Assembly: GCF_009914755.1 (NCBI RefSeq)
Contig: NC_060930.1
DNA from: the human T2T-CHM13v2.0 reference genome, Homo sapiens
Direction: 5' to 3' (one strand)
Length of the DNA: 64,000 nt
How positions within the stretch are numbered: the first letter of the stretch is position 1; each line of letters begins with the position of its first letter. Positions 42,792 through 56,429 of the stretch are shown piece by piece. The translations under genes and the position numbers were made by a program. The notes beneath the pieces are model-generated. The model saw nothing but the letters and a program-made list of their open reading frames with translations. It did not search any database and was not told where the DNA came from.

Positions 42792-43936
42792 GGGCTCTTT
42801 CAAGTTGGCAACACTGTCCTTTTAATATGCTCATTAACATGATTTTTTAGCATTTCCTTACTTTCTGGAGAAACAATAAGTTACCACTTTCTCTTACATT
42901 CATTCTTCCTAACACCTCCTCTTTTTTTAAAAAAAATAGAAACGTTTGAAGCATTCATGTACAGTTGTTACCAATGAGGAGAGGAATGATTATGTACTGT
43001 GATTTTTGTAATAGGAAAGGTGTTAATCTCTAAATTATATCTCCTCTCATGAATGAAAATTTTAGCCTCAGAAACTATAATTTCTAAATGACCACAATCC
43101 CCAAAATCACAGGAACCATGTCTGTTATATTTATCCACACATACCTCTGACTAGCACAACAAAGAAATATGTATTGAATGAATGAATGGGAAGCAATAGA
43201 AGAAGAAAAAGTGAGAAACAGCTGACCCGATTATTGCCCCTAATTGTTCCTCTATTATTAGTAAAGGCCTTGTGACTCAATGTTAGAAACGTGTTCCTTT
43301 ACTTCAGCGATCCTATTTATTAATATATTTTCTTTCTTGGATCCTGTGTTTTGAAAGGTTTGTCCAGCAAAGTAACTGCATTGTGCAATGATCTTAAGAC
43401 GTTTATCACAAGTCTATGACTACAAACGGATTTCCTTACAATGTCAATCATCCAAATGTCAGTACCACTGCGTACTGAAAGAATTAAGAATCTGCCAGAA
43501 TTTCCTTTTAAAATAATATTAGAAAGAGACAACAAGAGAGTAATTGGCACCCATGGATGTTGCATGTGAAGTAACTTGTAAATGCATGTAGTTTTTCTCC
43601 TTTAATTTAGGGATTTATAAAGATAATTTGAAGTGTGAAATGGTAGAGGTAAGTTTGTCGTTCTTAAACTGTATTATCTCACTTGACACTTGATCAATGT
43701 ACACTTTTGCCTTGCTTGCAATTGATCTTTCCTCAGCTTGTGTTGCTAAAATTTCCTCTGCCGGAATTCATGGTTCATGGTGGCCCTCAGAATTTACGAG
43801 GGAGTTTTTAAAAAATCGAGGAGTATAGAAAAATAATTCTGCATTCTTTCTGAAATACTCCATTTTTTCTTTCTACACCTCCTCCCACCCATAGGTATAC
43901 ATTGAGTACACCATGCACTCCTCACCAGCCCACTCC

Positions 43937-43951
43937 GCTGCCCCCTAGTGT
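43937..43951 (-). promoter_or_regulatory. CTCF core motif
   Basis: Reverse complement ACACTAGGGGGCAGC closely matches the CTCF core CCASYAGRKGGCRS; lies in non-repeat sequence. Confidence 0.6.
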
Positions 43952-44979
43952 TCTTTGGGCAGAATGTGAATGGGTTAAGAGCAACCAGCCAGTCGTTTCC
44001 CTCTACTTATTTGCATGTTTTAAGATCATTGACTCTATATTTCAGTTGTTCCAAAAGTATAGCTACATAGTGAAATGATCTGAATTATGTTCTCCTCTAA
44101 AGCATATATCAAATTACAAAATATAATATTGAAGCTGAAGTTATTTTCCTTCCCATAGAATAAGAGAATGAGTTTAATGGGAATTCACAAATTTCCTTAG
44201 CATTTCTCAAGTACAAATGACACAGAATTGTAGCTGTGATTTCAGATGGTGGGAGAAGAGTGTTAGTAGCTCCTTACAATTGGAGAGTGTCATGTTTCAT
44301 ATGCCAATATGCATTTTAAAATTGAACTATCTATTTAGAAGTTGTTACAGTTATGGAACAGGTAGTTTTTCTGTTCTTCACCAGAAAAATACAATTAAAA
44401 ACTACTGAAGCCATGACTGATTATTAATTTAAGTAAAATTATGACCCAGGGATGATGCATTGTTCAGCTGCATTTTAGGAAATCTCTTCACATATTTTGA
44501 TAATGATACCTGAGTATGAACCATCTTATTTATACTGCAAAGTGTTTCTAATTTGAGAACTACAATAAAATAATATAAAGTGTTTTTTCTGCATTTAGAT
44601 ATAAAGTTTGTATTACTCATTGATTGCAATAAGGAGGTTGCTGAATCTACCTGTTGATGTTCTTCATATTGAAAGTAATTCATTTATGAGTTTAATCTCC
44701 TGAGATATGCTGTATTTGTGTTTGTGCATATACAAACATTCATAACATGTGGAGAATATATATGAACTTATTTGTATTTATATATAAATGCATATGTACA
44801 GAAATCAAAATTTTTTTCAATGAGGGTAGTAAGGTACTGTCAATTGGATATTAACAACATATTTAGAAAAAAAGTCTAAATATGGCTCAAGGATGAGTTA
44901 AGTTGGTATGCTAGAGCAAGCTAAGAAAAAAAAAAAACGCAGCTCACTGCTACATTATTGCTATAGTCAGTGTCAGCCA

Positions 44980-47050
44980 TGGAGATAGAGATAAAGAAAA
45001 TGCTCTAAAAGAGAACGCCTCACACCGTGCACCTTGATTTCTCTCTTGTATGGAAGAGAAGCTAACCTCTTGTAAATTTATATATGGACTCGTTAGACAT
45101 TGCAAATGATTTGACTGATTGGTCAGGAACCTGGAAGTATCAATATTGGACAATTTAGGATAAGGAGGTCTGGGCTAGAGGGATGTGGATAAACCTACAG
45201 GTATAGGTACAGGTGAAAAGTGTGATGACTTTTATATTGCACGTTCACGTTCACCAGTGGACGGTCACCATGTAAAAAACACTAAACCATTAGTAGGCAG
45301 AATGGTTCAGCCAGTGGATATCAGTCATCCCCTGTCACTGGCTAACCCAGTGCTGATCCTTTGGGTGCATGCACAGAGTAACCATGATTGCAGAAATGGA
45401 AGCTATGCACAAATTCAACAGCATTATCCCCCATTCATCAAAGTTGACCTTGTTATTGCTGCTTTTGAATGTCCAAACTTCTTACTGAACCCCCAATATG
45501 GCACCACACCTCTAGGAGATCAATTAGCAACTTGGTTGTGAGTTGATTAACTTGACCCTTTCCACCCTGAAAGGAGCAGCAATTTATCTTGACTGAAACT
45601 GACACATATTCCAGATATGACTTTGCTTCTTGCCTGCAGAGATTCAGCCAGCCCCACTATCTTAGGCCTTACAGACGTGGATCCTGTGTAACATGGCACC
45701 AGACCAAGGGGGACACTTCATCAAAGCAGATGTAGTAGTGGACATAAAATCATGGTATCTACTTTTTCTATCACATGAACCCCCGGGAAGCTGCCAGCAT
45801 AATCGAAGTGATGGAATGGCTTTTAAAGTAATCTTGAGGCAGAACTTAGGGATGACACCCAGAAAGGATGAGGTGGCATCCTTCAGATGCAGTATGCTCC
45901 CCAAATCAACAACCACGATATGACATTGTGTCCTAATTTGTTAAAATACAAAGTCCAGGGCCGGGCATGGTGGCTCACGCCCATAATCGTAGCACTTTAG
46001 GAGGCCGAGGCGGGCAGATCATGAGGTCAGGAGATCGAGACCATCCTGGCTAACATGGTGAAACCCCGTCTCTACTAAAAATACAAAAAATTAGCCGGGC
46101 ATGGTGGCGGGTGCCTGTAGTCCCAGCTACTTGGGAGGCCTCAGGCAAGAGAATGGCGTGAACCAGGGAGGCGGAGCTTGCAGTGAGCCAAGATTGCGCC
46201 ACTGCACTCCAGCCTGGGTGAAAGAGCAAGACTCCGTCCCCCACCACCAAAAAAAAAAATACAAAGTCTGAAAATCAAGTAAAGAAGTAGAGGTGGCTTT
46301 GCTTACCTTCACTTGCCATATAAGGTGGCAGATGGGTCAAAATCAAATAAGGAAGTAGGAGTGGCTTTGCTACCCACCTACCCATTGACCCACTTAGGCA
46401 ATTTGTGCTTCCCTTCCCCACAAACTTGGACTCTGTGAGGTTAAAGGCCTTGGTTCCCAGAGAGGAAATGCTTTTACTAGGGGAAACAGCAAGAGTCCCA
46501 TAAACTTTAAACTATGATTGTCACCCATTCATTTCAACCAAGAATGGTTGGAACATCAGCCGGGAGGGAAAAGAGTCTCCATCCCAGCAGAGGTGATTGA
46601 CTCTTATCATCAAAAATAAGTAGGTTTGCAAGAAGTAGTTTCACAATAGTGACAAGTACGAGTATGTTGGCTTTCCCCCCCATAATCCACTGGCTTGACT
46701 CTTGATACTCCCTTGCTCAATTTTGACAGAAAATGGGCACATTCAGCAGCCTCAGCCTAAGAGCATGGTGACCACTGGCTGTGACCCCCCAAGGATGAGG
46801 GTCTGAATAACCCTAGCGGGTGAGTTCCTGACTTTATACATGAGTACTGGTGCTCTCCAGAGGTGGGAGGAATCTAAAACAAGTAGTACAGTTGGGAAAT
46901 GATGAGGACCAATTGTAATCTGTAGACCAGATGCAGAACTTTACAGTAACCATGTGAGTTTCCTCAGGAAAAGGACCAGCTGGAATTCTGGAAGAGCTAT
47001 TGCCACATAGAGGATCTTCTCATGTCAAGCAAGTGATAGTCTGCATAGGA
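44980..47050 (+). mobile_element. ERVL/MLT1-int internal remnant with decayed RNase H and integrase coding sequence
   Basis: Translates YMDSLDIANDLTDWSGTWKYQYWTI*DKEVWARGMWINL (RNase H-like), LGDQLATWL*VD and APDQGGHF (integrase-core-like); stops and frameshifts throughout. Confidence 0.8.
45959..46255 (+). mobile_element. AluY
   Basis: GAGATCGAGACCATCCTGGCTAAC, GAATGGCGTGAACC and GCGGAGCTTGCAG diagnostics; TSD AAAATACAAAGTC. Confidence 0.93.
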
Positions 47051-47104
47051 AGCTTACTTAACAGAAAGGTCCTTTTCTCTGCCATTCTGTATTCTGAACA
47101 GGCA

Positions 47105-47910
47105 TGTTGTGGGCTGAATGGTGGCTTCCTAAAAGATATGTCCATGTCCTGTCCTCCAGAACTGTGAATATTGCTGTCATGATAAATTTTGTGTCAACTT
47201 GGAAGGCGTTTTCGGATGAGATTTATATTTAAATCAATGGACTTAGTGTAAAGCAGGGTGCGCTCCGTAATATGTGTGGACTTAATCCAAATAGATGGAG
47301 GTATGACTAGAACAGAAGACTCATCTCTCCCAAGCAAGAGAGAATTCTCTAGCAGCCTGCTTTCAGGCTTTATCTGCAACATTGGCTCTCCGTGGTCCTA
47401 CAGCGGGCTGCCTTCAGACAGAAACTAGATTTTTGGCTCTCCTATGTCACCAGTCTGCTGGCCTGCCTTGCAGATTTTGGACGTACCAGCTCCATTATTA
47501 TATAGGTCAATTCCTTTTAACAAATATCTTTCCATATAATAAATCCCTTTCTATATATAACACATCCTATTGTTTTTTTTCCTCTGGAGAACCTGACCAA
47601 TACAATTACATTACATGGTAAAAGAATGAATATCACCTTATATGGTAAATGCTGTGATTAAGTCAAGAATTTTAAGCAGAAGAGTTTATTCTGGATTATC
47701 CGGGTGGGCTCTAAGTTCAATGGCAGGTATCCTAATAAGAGTGAGACAGAGGGAGATGTGACAGACAGAAAAGGAGGATGCAAGATGACCACAGAGGCTA
47801 AGATTAGAGTGATATATCCACAGGTCAAGGAATGCTGACAGCCACCAGAAACTGGAAGACACAACAGAACTGTGAGAGAAGAAATTTCTGTTGTATCAAG
47901 CCCCCCTAAA
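47105..47910 (+). mobile_element. MLT1C/D-like LTR interrupted by MLT2
   Basis: TGTTGTGGGCTGAATGGTGGC...AAAGATATGTCCATGTCC; resumes with CTGGATTATCCGGGTGGGC...CAAGGAATGC. Confidence 0.8.
47175..47604 (+). mobile_element. MLT2 (ERVL) solo LTR
   Basis: TGT...AATTTTGTGTCAACTTG...GATGAGATTTATATTTAAATC...CTCTGGAGAACCTGACCAATACA; TSD ATTGC/ATTAC. Confidence 0.85.
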
Positions 47911-48350
47911 CTAAGGATTAGCAGAAATGTGGCTCATGTCTAAAAATGTAAATCATATGTATTCTAAGGGATCTTTAATGATGAAATGCAGCACCTCTCT
48001 AGCAGAGACTGCAACATGCACTGGGTTCCTGGTTTGGGATAAACTCTAATGGCAGTAGTCACATTGCTGCTGAATGCACCATGCCCCTGTGAAACACAGG
48101 TTCACTCTCCTAGACTTCTTTCTCCACTACGATGATGCAATGAGTTCTCTTTCAAGGCTTCCACTGTCTACTTGAAAGTGGACTCAAGTCCATTCCAAAC
48201 TTTTAGGTCTCCTAAATGTAATAGATGGGAACTAGTTCTTTCTCTCATGTATCAAATTGATGTAATTGAAGCTACCTTGCCTGGAACCATTTGCCAGAAA
48301 TATTACAGTGAGAGAACTTGACCAACTGAGACAACTTGGTACTAACCTTA

Positions 48351-48530
48351 AGGCAGTTTTTACATTGTGGTCTCTGGACCAGAGGCATTAGCATCACGTG
48401 ACAACTTGTTAGAGATGCAGAGTATCAGGCACCACCCTGGAGCTACTGGGTCAGAAACTCTGGGGTTGGGAGTCCAGCAAGTTGTGTTTTACTAAGCTCT
48501 CCAGGTGATTTTCTGATAATATTTTCGGAA
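48351..48530 (+). mobile_element. MER5A (hAT-Charlie MITE)
   Basis: TGTGGTCTCTGGACCAG...AACTTGTTAGAGATGCA...TCAGAAACTCTGGGG...CTCCAGGTGATT. Confidence 0.85.
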
Positions 48531-48934
48531 GATATTCTGGCTTAGGTGGTTATTGAATAGTTCTCCTAACAAATTCACATTTGCATGACAACTTCTGCAG
48601 CTTCTTACAAAGCAAACAATAACAACAGAAAGTGTTTTTTCTTGGGTAGAGATGGTTGCAAGCAGAAACAAGGAGCAAGAAGCACCAGAGATAAATGGTA
48701 AATAAGTAACTGCAATTTTCCTGTTTTAAATACCTGTTTTTAGTATAGGGAACTGAACTCCCTGTTTTACAGACTTGGCTAGAATCCATTTCCACATTCT
48801 ATGTAGATACTGATAAAAGCCTGAGTATCTGTTTCTGTCACACTCCTCTTAAACACTTCTTTCTCTAAACTTTTTAAAATTCAAAATCCAAGAAAAACAA
48901 TTATGTTTATAATGGTAAAAAATTATATACAAGT

Positions 48935-49162
48935 GTAGTCATTTGGACTTAGGCAGTTCTGCTTCAGATCTTAGTTCAATGACTCGACCAGCCTACTAAG
49001 CTCAGGCAAGCTACTTACTAAGTCCCAGTCCCTGGAAATATTAAAATGAGGTTAATAATATCTACTCGTTGGGTTGCTGTGATTCTGAAATAAAATCATG
49101 AATACAAATAATATGACATAAAGTATGGTATATAATAAGCATGCAGTAAATATTAAGTATTA
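48935..49162 (+). mobile_element. MIR
   Basis: GGCAAGCTACTTA...TAAAATGAGGTTAATAATATCTAC...GGGTTGCTGTGA...CAGTAAATATTAAGTATTAT. Confidence 0.65.
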
Positions 49163-52100
49163 TCTATTTTGTACATCAAAATAGCCTTTCTACTTTTCTT
49201 TTGGAATGGTCTGCATTTCCTCTTAAAGATGGAAATACCTGCTATTTTCTCCCTTGTTATTGCCAAATGCAGAGAATGTAAATATATGAGATTGCTGGGG
49301 AGACTTGGCAGTCTTTTCATATTTACTTGGTCTGTTAGATGCAAATCCAATTTGGGGATATCTCACTAAGAATATGATTTGTTATCTGAGTAAGTCTATG
49401 CCAACAGATCAGACCAGCTTAAAGTGCTTCTGTTACAGCCGGATGTATTACAGTTTATTTACTAAATTTACCTTTGCTTTGCTTCTCATTTTTTTTCTCT
49501 TTGCTTGTTTGGCTTTGTGGTTGTGACTGTAGTTGTTAATTCTTTTCTCATTATATATGTATCAGTTTGGATCTTTTTGTGAACCTTGGATCTATATGAC
49601 TCTGTAGTAAGCCCAAGAACTTATTGAATGATTGAAGTTAGAATACAAATATGCTAGAAAAAGACAAATGAACAGTAAAATATCATAAATATAGTCTATG
49701 ATTAAGATATACAGAAAGAAAAGCAAAGAAGACAATAAATATATGTGGGAAAATACTTGAAAACAGACTGAAAATTAGCTCTTCATTAGTGACACAATCA
49801 GGGGAAATGGATTTGTAGTATAACATAGAAGCAGTAGATTTAATTCCCTGGTAAACTAACTTATTGAAATATTTTAGTGAATAAGATTAACTGAAAAAAT
49901 TGTGCAGAAAGTGGAAGAGTTAAGATTTGAATTCAGTTCAACTTCACATTAAAGCCCCTGACTATATCCAGGGACATCACAGGATAACATTTTATAGGAG
50001 AGTTGAGGTATCTTTGTAATTCCGAGACCTTTGAAAAATAAAGTCATCTTTCTGAGGTCTTACCTTTATGTAAAAGATGAATGTAGAGAATTTGGCTTAT
50101 ATTAATTATAATTACAGATGTAGTTATAAGATATGCAAACTTTATTTAAACCATCCTATTAGCACCAAAGCAGTACAGATTGAACACATCCTTGCCAATA
50201 TCTAAGGCAGTTCCTCGACAATCATTTCTGAGAAAAGGGAGAGCACTCAATATTTCCTGTTCAAGAGCCTTCAATCACTCCCTGTTACCTGTAGAATGAA
50301 CGCTGAAGTCCAAGTACATTAATACGGTAATCTAGTCCTTTCACAACCTTGCCGTCATCCGTTCCCTCAATAAATACTTCCTAAATTCCTACTGTGTGTC
50401 AGACACTAGTCTCATTAGGGAAGCAGCAGCAACTAAAAAAAAAAAAGGCCAAAATCCATGTCTTCCAGGAAGTTACTTTCTAATCATCCTCCTTCCTCCA
50501 GAGATTGCCAACTCATAGAGTACAATACTAAATCTATGCTTCTTTGTGTCTATCTACAGCTTCTAATATGGTTCTCCACACAGAGTGGACCTTCAGTAGT
50601 TTATTTTTTAATAAATGAATTACATCAATTTTATAAAAGTATGGAATCTTGGAGCTAGAAAGAGTCTCACTGCCCTTGTCCCACATGTCGTTGCACAAGG
50701 GCTGTATTATAAAACACCTTTGGGTAATACGGCATAAGATTTCTCTTTTATTGGAGATTCGTAATGCACATTAACATATCAAAGGTCCTTAGGATTTCTA
50801 CTATTGAGAAATTCCTAGAATTTCATAAATTCATTGTATCTCAGAACTATTTTAAGGGATAATGCTTATTAATGTCCTTACATTCTTTGGCACTTATTTT
50901 ATTAAATATTGATATAAATGTGTTTTTTATTGAATTCTACGACAAATATTTCCCATTAAGAAGTCAATAGAGTTTTAAATGTAACACCTTGTCAAACTCC
51001 TTGGTAAATCTGAAATTTGTGTAACAATGGTAATATGTTATTCAATGACTTTATAAATGAGAGGCGGACTGCATATCATTCCTTTTCTGCTTATATTATG
51101 AAGTCTACTTAAGACCATGCAAGGAAGTAGTCATGGGGTCTCAGCCCCAACTTATTTCATTTGTTCTTTGGTTCAACAGTTTGATCAACTTCTGGACTAT
51201 TCTCCTTTATATAGGAAGAACTCACTCCTCTCTTTATGGAACTGTGTTATGTGGGATTTCATCACCTCCGCAATGTAACCTTCAACTTATGATGGATCAA
51301 GTGCTTGTAAAGAAAAGCAGATTTAACATGTCTCAGATTACAAATGCAGAACTATAAATGTAAAACAGCCGAGTATGTAGGAACTTTATGTCATAATTAG
51401 GAATGGAGAGCAAAGCCTTTATAAACCTATTCTCAATTATCTACAATTCCTTCAAAGCAGCTATCTGGATCCAGGCTTGGTAAAGCATTTTTCTAGCCAA
51501 ATGATTGTCAATATACACCTGCACTGTTAAAAGATGGCGTCCCTAAATAGCCCATTTTCTTCTCCCTCTCCATTTGGTACACCAGATGTTTGGGTTTTTT
51601 ATTTGTTGAAGAGTGCATCGAGTTCCCATATGTCCTTTTAGAAAAAATCATAGCTTTTAAAAATAAAGCTGTCTTCCTAAATGGCAGTGGGCCACAGATA
51701 AAGACCAACATGTGTTGTAACTCAGAATGTCCGTTGCTGTGGTTACATTTTTATGATTTAGCTGTAAAATACTTAATAGATATGGTTCTTGATGATTTTT
51801 CTTTTAACTTTAAATGACAGGTGGGTTATTTCTGTTCTCTTAATTTTGTTAAAAAAAAAAGAAAGGGGGGGTGGTGTATGTGTGGAAATTGAAAAACTTG
51901 ACTTTGGTCAATGAACTGGTCATTGAGAAAGCTGAGATTTGAACACCAAAATCTGTGGTCTCCTACACCTACTTGACCCCGCTTTAAGTGAAATCTCAAC
52001 TCACTATACAAGTTTCAACTCACTATACTTCCCACTTCCTATCCTCATCCATCTGTTACATCTGCATGTACAATTATGTTAAGCATGCTTATGTCACTCA

Positions 52101-52552
52101 ATGAACTTATTTCCCTTTTGTCAGCTCAAGAATTTCTTGTATGAGATTTTTTTGTTCATGTTTCAACAAGTCCCCTCTTCAAAAATTGCAGTTCCTTCCT
52201 CCAGGAGTAACATGGATGTTTAGGAAGTGAAGTTTATTCCATTTCCATATAGTTCCGTGAAGAGGAAAAAAAGAGAAAAAACAAACAAATGAATAAATAT
52301 TTCTAATTATGGAAAGCCTAGATAAGAAACATCTACTTATAAGTCAAGGAATAAAACCTGCACATACCGACAGAGAAATTACGATCTCTAGAATGTAACT
52401 ATTATGAGTTCATGTATGCCCATGCTAAACACCAAAGCTGAAGTTAACTATTAATAGTTTTGTCATCATGGAGCTGTTGTTACTATTACACATATAAGCA
52501 ATTCAACTCCCAACTCTTTAGTTACTCTGACTCCAGGACCTCAAATGCTACC

Positions 52553-52953
52553 CATAGAAAAACAGCCTGGTGAATGGCAGGAGTGACACCATCTTGAAGT
52601 GAAACCACCACGATGACCAATGTTTGACTTCTGCATGCAAAGGTGTTCCCATAGCATTGATAACTCCTTCTAAGGATGCTTATCCAATCCCCAGTAGTCA
52701 TCAGTTTTGCAAGAAGTCTGAGGCATGACCAACTGCTCATATTTTACCAAAATAGCTTGCTATATTAAGGATATTTTCTGGAGGGTTGGTGTGGGGATCC
52801 ACGGTCTCATGGCTACCTGTGACATCAGTTCTGTTCATAAGTTCCTATTAAATGTCTCTTTTTGAGAAACTGTATTTGCCAGCCTCTTTCTTTGACCTCT
52901 CAGCTCCCTTGGCCTTTGGGGTAGGTTTTCCTATACCTGCTCCCTGCAGAACA
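52553..52953 (+). mobile_element. Solo LTR (LTR47-like; family name tentative)
   Basis: Perfect 5-bp TSD CTACC at 52548-52552 and 52954-52958; TATA-like TATATTAA ~52761; ATTAAA ~52847; ends GAACA. Confidence 0.75.
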
Positions 52954-53209
52954 CTACCTTTAAGGGCTCAGTATCACTGCCATTGGTACCAAGTAAATTT
53001 AAATCTAACAAGAAGAACATATCTCTATTTCATCTAAACTTCCATGATATTTCATCCTTATCTCACCTAGAGCTTTTATCTATAATTGGAACTATTAACT
53101 CATAGCTCTCCTCTTACGCAATTATGCAATTAATTTCCTAGGAACACAGTCCAAATAGCAAAACACATCCTTTGACTCTTCTCAAAAATAGTAACATTGC
53201 GCTTTTTAT

Positions 53210-54200
<991 letters not shown>

Positions 54201-55829
54201 CTGGTAGAAGAAAATGTATATTTCTTAATGATTTTAATATTTTAATCTTGACATGGTTGAGTGAGGACCTCCTAGAAAGAGATCGTGCCTTTGTTATTTA
54301 ACTCCAGGGAGTAGGAAAGGATTCTTAACCATTTAGAAAGCTTCCTCTTTTCTTTTCTCCTTTATTTGAATTATAACAGATTGTCTTCAAAGGCATATTC
54401 ACTATCCTTGACAGTGTACACCACAGAATGGAGTGAGCTCATTCATCTACTGTTGGAGGTATACAGGCTTAGTAGGTGACACAGAGGGATGTAGTGTAGG
54501 GTTGCCTAGCTTAGTGGTGATAACAATTCATGTTGTCCTAGCCTTTATAATTCACTAAACATTTTCATTAAAACAACCATTTTTTATTAATAAGGGATGT
54601 ATTAATTAATTGTTTCTTCTTGCACCCGAATGAACAAATGTTTATTCTCTAACATTCACATTCTTCCACTCCCTAGTCTTCTATCAGTGTGAGTATACAT
54701 GGTGTGTGTGCATTATATTTTTCTGTAATCATATTCATGCTACTAATTCACTGATTTTTGTCATCACAAATCCTACCATGTACTCTAAACTTTAAAAAAA
54801 GATAGATTTTTCCCCCTGCCTTTGAAGTTTTTACTGTGACATTGTTCAGCTATAATTATGTCATGTTACAGTATGCCTATCATCTTGTGCTATATGATAC
54901 CAATCTGGGACTTGGCTGATTAGTTGAATTATTTCCCTTGTTCAATTAGTTTGAAATTTTCTAATCCAAGATTAGTTAATTAATCTTTTCAGACTTTCAT
55001 TCTAATCACAACTCTACTCTAGGAATCAAGATGTCATGCAATCATAAGCAGGCCTATAAAACACGCACAATGTGAAATGTATACAGTTAAATCCTCACCC
55101 ATAAATGGACGTTTAGCAAGTCCAAGTTTTTCAAGGTTGTTTATGAATTTCGACACTCTCAATCAATATAATCAATAGCATTTCAAATCATTAAATTTAT
55201 TTTGTTACAAAATAGAAGGATGTGCCTTCGTTCCTGGGTTCATTTTTTAAAATTCCTTGTTTACTATTTTTATAATTACTACTGGCTTTTAAAAGAATTG
55301 CAGTTCATGATGACTAGAAAAACTATAAACCAGCTGAAAAAAAAGAGCAAGAACTTTGAATTTATTTAGGTAATTCAAACAATGTCATGCATTAATTTGA
55401 TTCCATTTTAAGTCATCTTTTCATCATAAGAAAATCTGTTCACTACACTTTGTACATTTCTAAGGACAGATTTAAGCTTCATGAACAATTAGCATGTGGT
55501 GTTTCTAATTACCTCAAATTTCATTTAGCTATTCATTGAAATGTGTTCTTAAATATTATGTTTTTGCTCATATTTTACTCTCCTACAGTTTACAATGCCT
55601 CAATAAAAATTCCCCTGAATTAGGCTGAACACAGAATAGAAACACCTTTCTTCCCATTTCATTATTTATAAAGCTTGCCATTAGTTGCATTAGTTGTGAT
55701 TGCTTTCTGTGTCCCAGTGTAAAAGTACCAGTACCATTTCACACCATGTGCAGAGTGGGCATCTCACTAATTGCCCCCCTCAAGTTCTGATTCAATGCAT
55801 AGGGCTTTTCTTTATTTATTTCTCATTTT

Positions 55830-56040
55830 TTATCACCTTCTATGAGTAAGCATTGTGTGCATTACGTATTTTATTATTACAATTCTCCCAACAATATTAT
55901 GACTTTAGGAGCATTTATCCCATTTTACTGATGAAGAAACTGAGGCCTAGAGAAGTGCACCTGTTTCCCCGAGGTCACTTAGATGATACACGGTAGGAGC
56001 CAGAATCTGAACCCAAGCCTATCTCATGCTAAAAATCCAC
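55830..56040 (-). mobile_element. MIR
   Basis: CCCATTTTACTGATGAAGAAACTGAGGCCTAGAGAAGTG...GAGGTCAC...GAGCCAGAATCTGAACCCAAG. Confidence 0.85.
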
Positions 56041-56429
56041 ATTTGTCCTTTCCAGTCCACTAATTGCAAGAATTGCAATCCAATGAATTGCATTTCCAAA
56101 TGCATGGTATATGAAGAGTTGTCTAGCTTTCAGGATGAAATATTTAGATTTCTTGCAGACCCACAGCTCTCATGAGTACAAAAACAAATCTACCCTGACC
56201 CTTCTTACCACTGCAAGAGAAGACCTAGTGGTGGCTCAGCAATAACAAAAACCTTTGTCTCCATGTAACTGCAGTCAGATGAGCTGTGCTCTGACCTCCT
56301 CCGTTCATTTAAGATTCTAGGACCTTCTCTGAACAGAGGGGCTGAAGTTTCTTTAAGGTTGCTGTCATTTGGAATTCTAGGTCGTACCATGCTGCATGCT
56401 TGTGCAACTTCACAGCTACCTTTTAGCCA

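Larger units (their letters stand above)
41040..42910 (-). mobile_element. L1MC4/5-like 3' region, interrupted by MSTD and MER1B
   Basis: TTTTGATATAATTTCAAACTTGCAGAAAACTTGCAAGAATA...TTTACCCCTAAATACTTCAG...; resumes after 42796. Confidence 0.75.

Noticed and set aside
45185-45923. 118-aa and 76-aa ORFs with retroviral-like words
   Set aside because: Fragments of a decayed ERVL/MaLR pol with stops and frameshifts; not an intact protein.
51996-52028. TCAACTCACTATAC twice, resembling the T7 promoter core ACTCACTATA
   Set aside because: Lacks TAATACG and the downstream GGG; a simple 19-bp-period micro-duplication, not vector.
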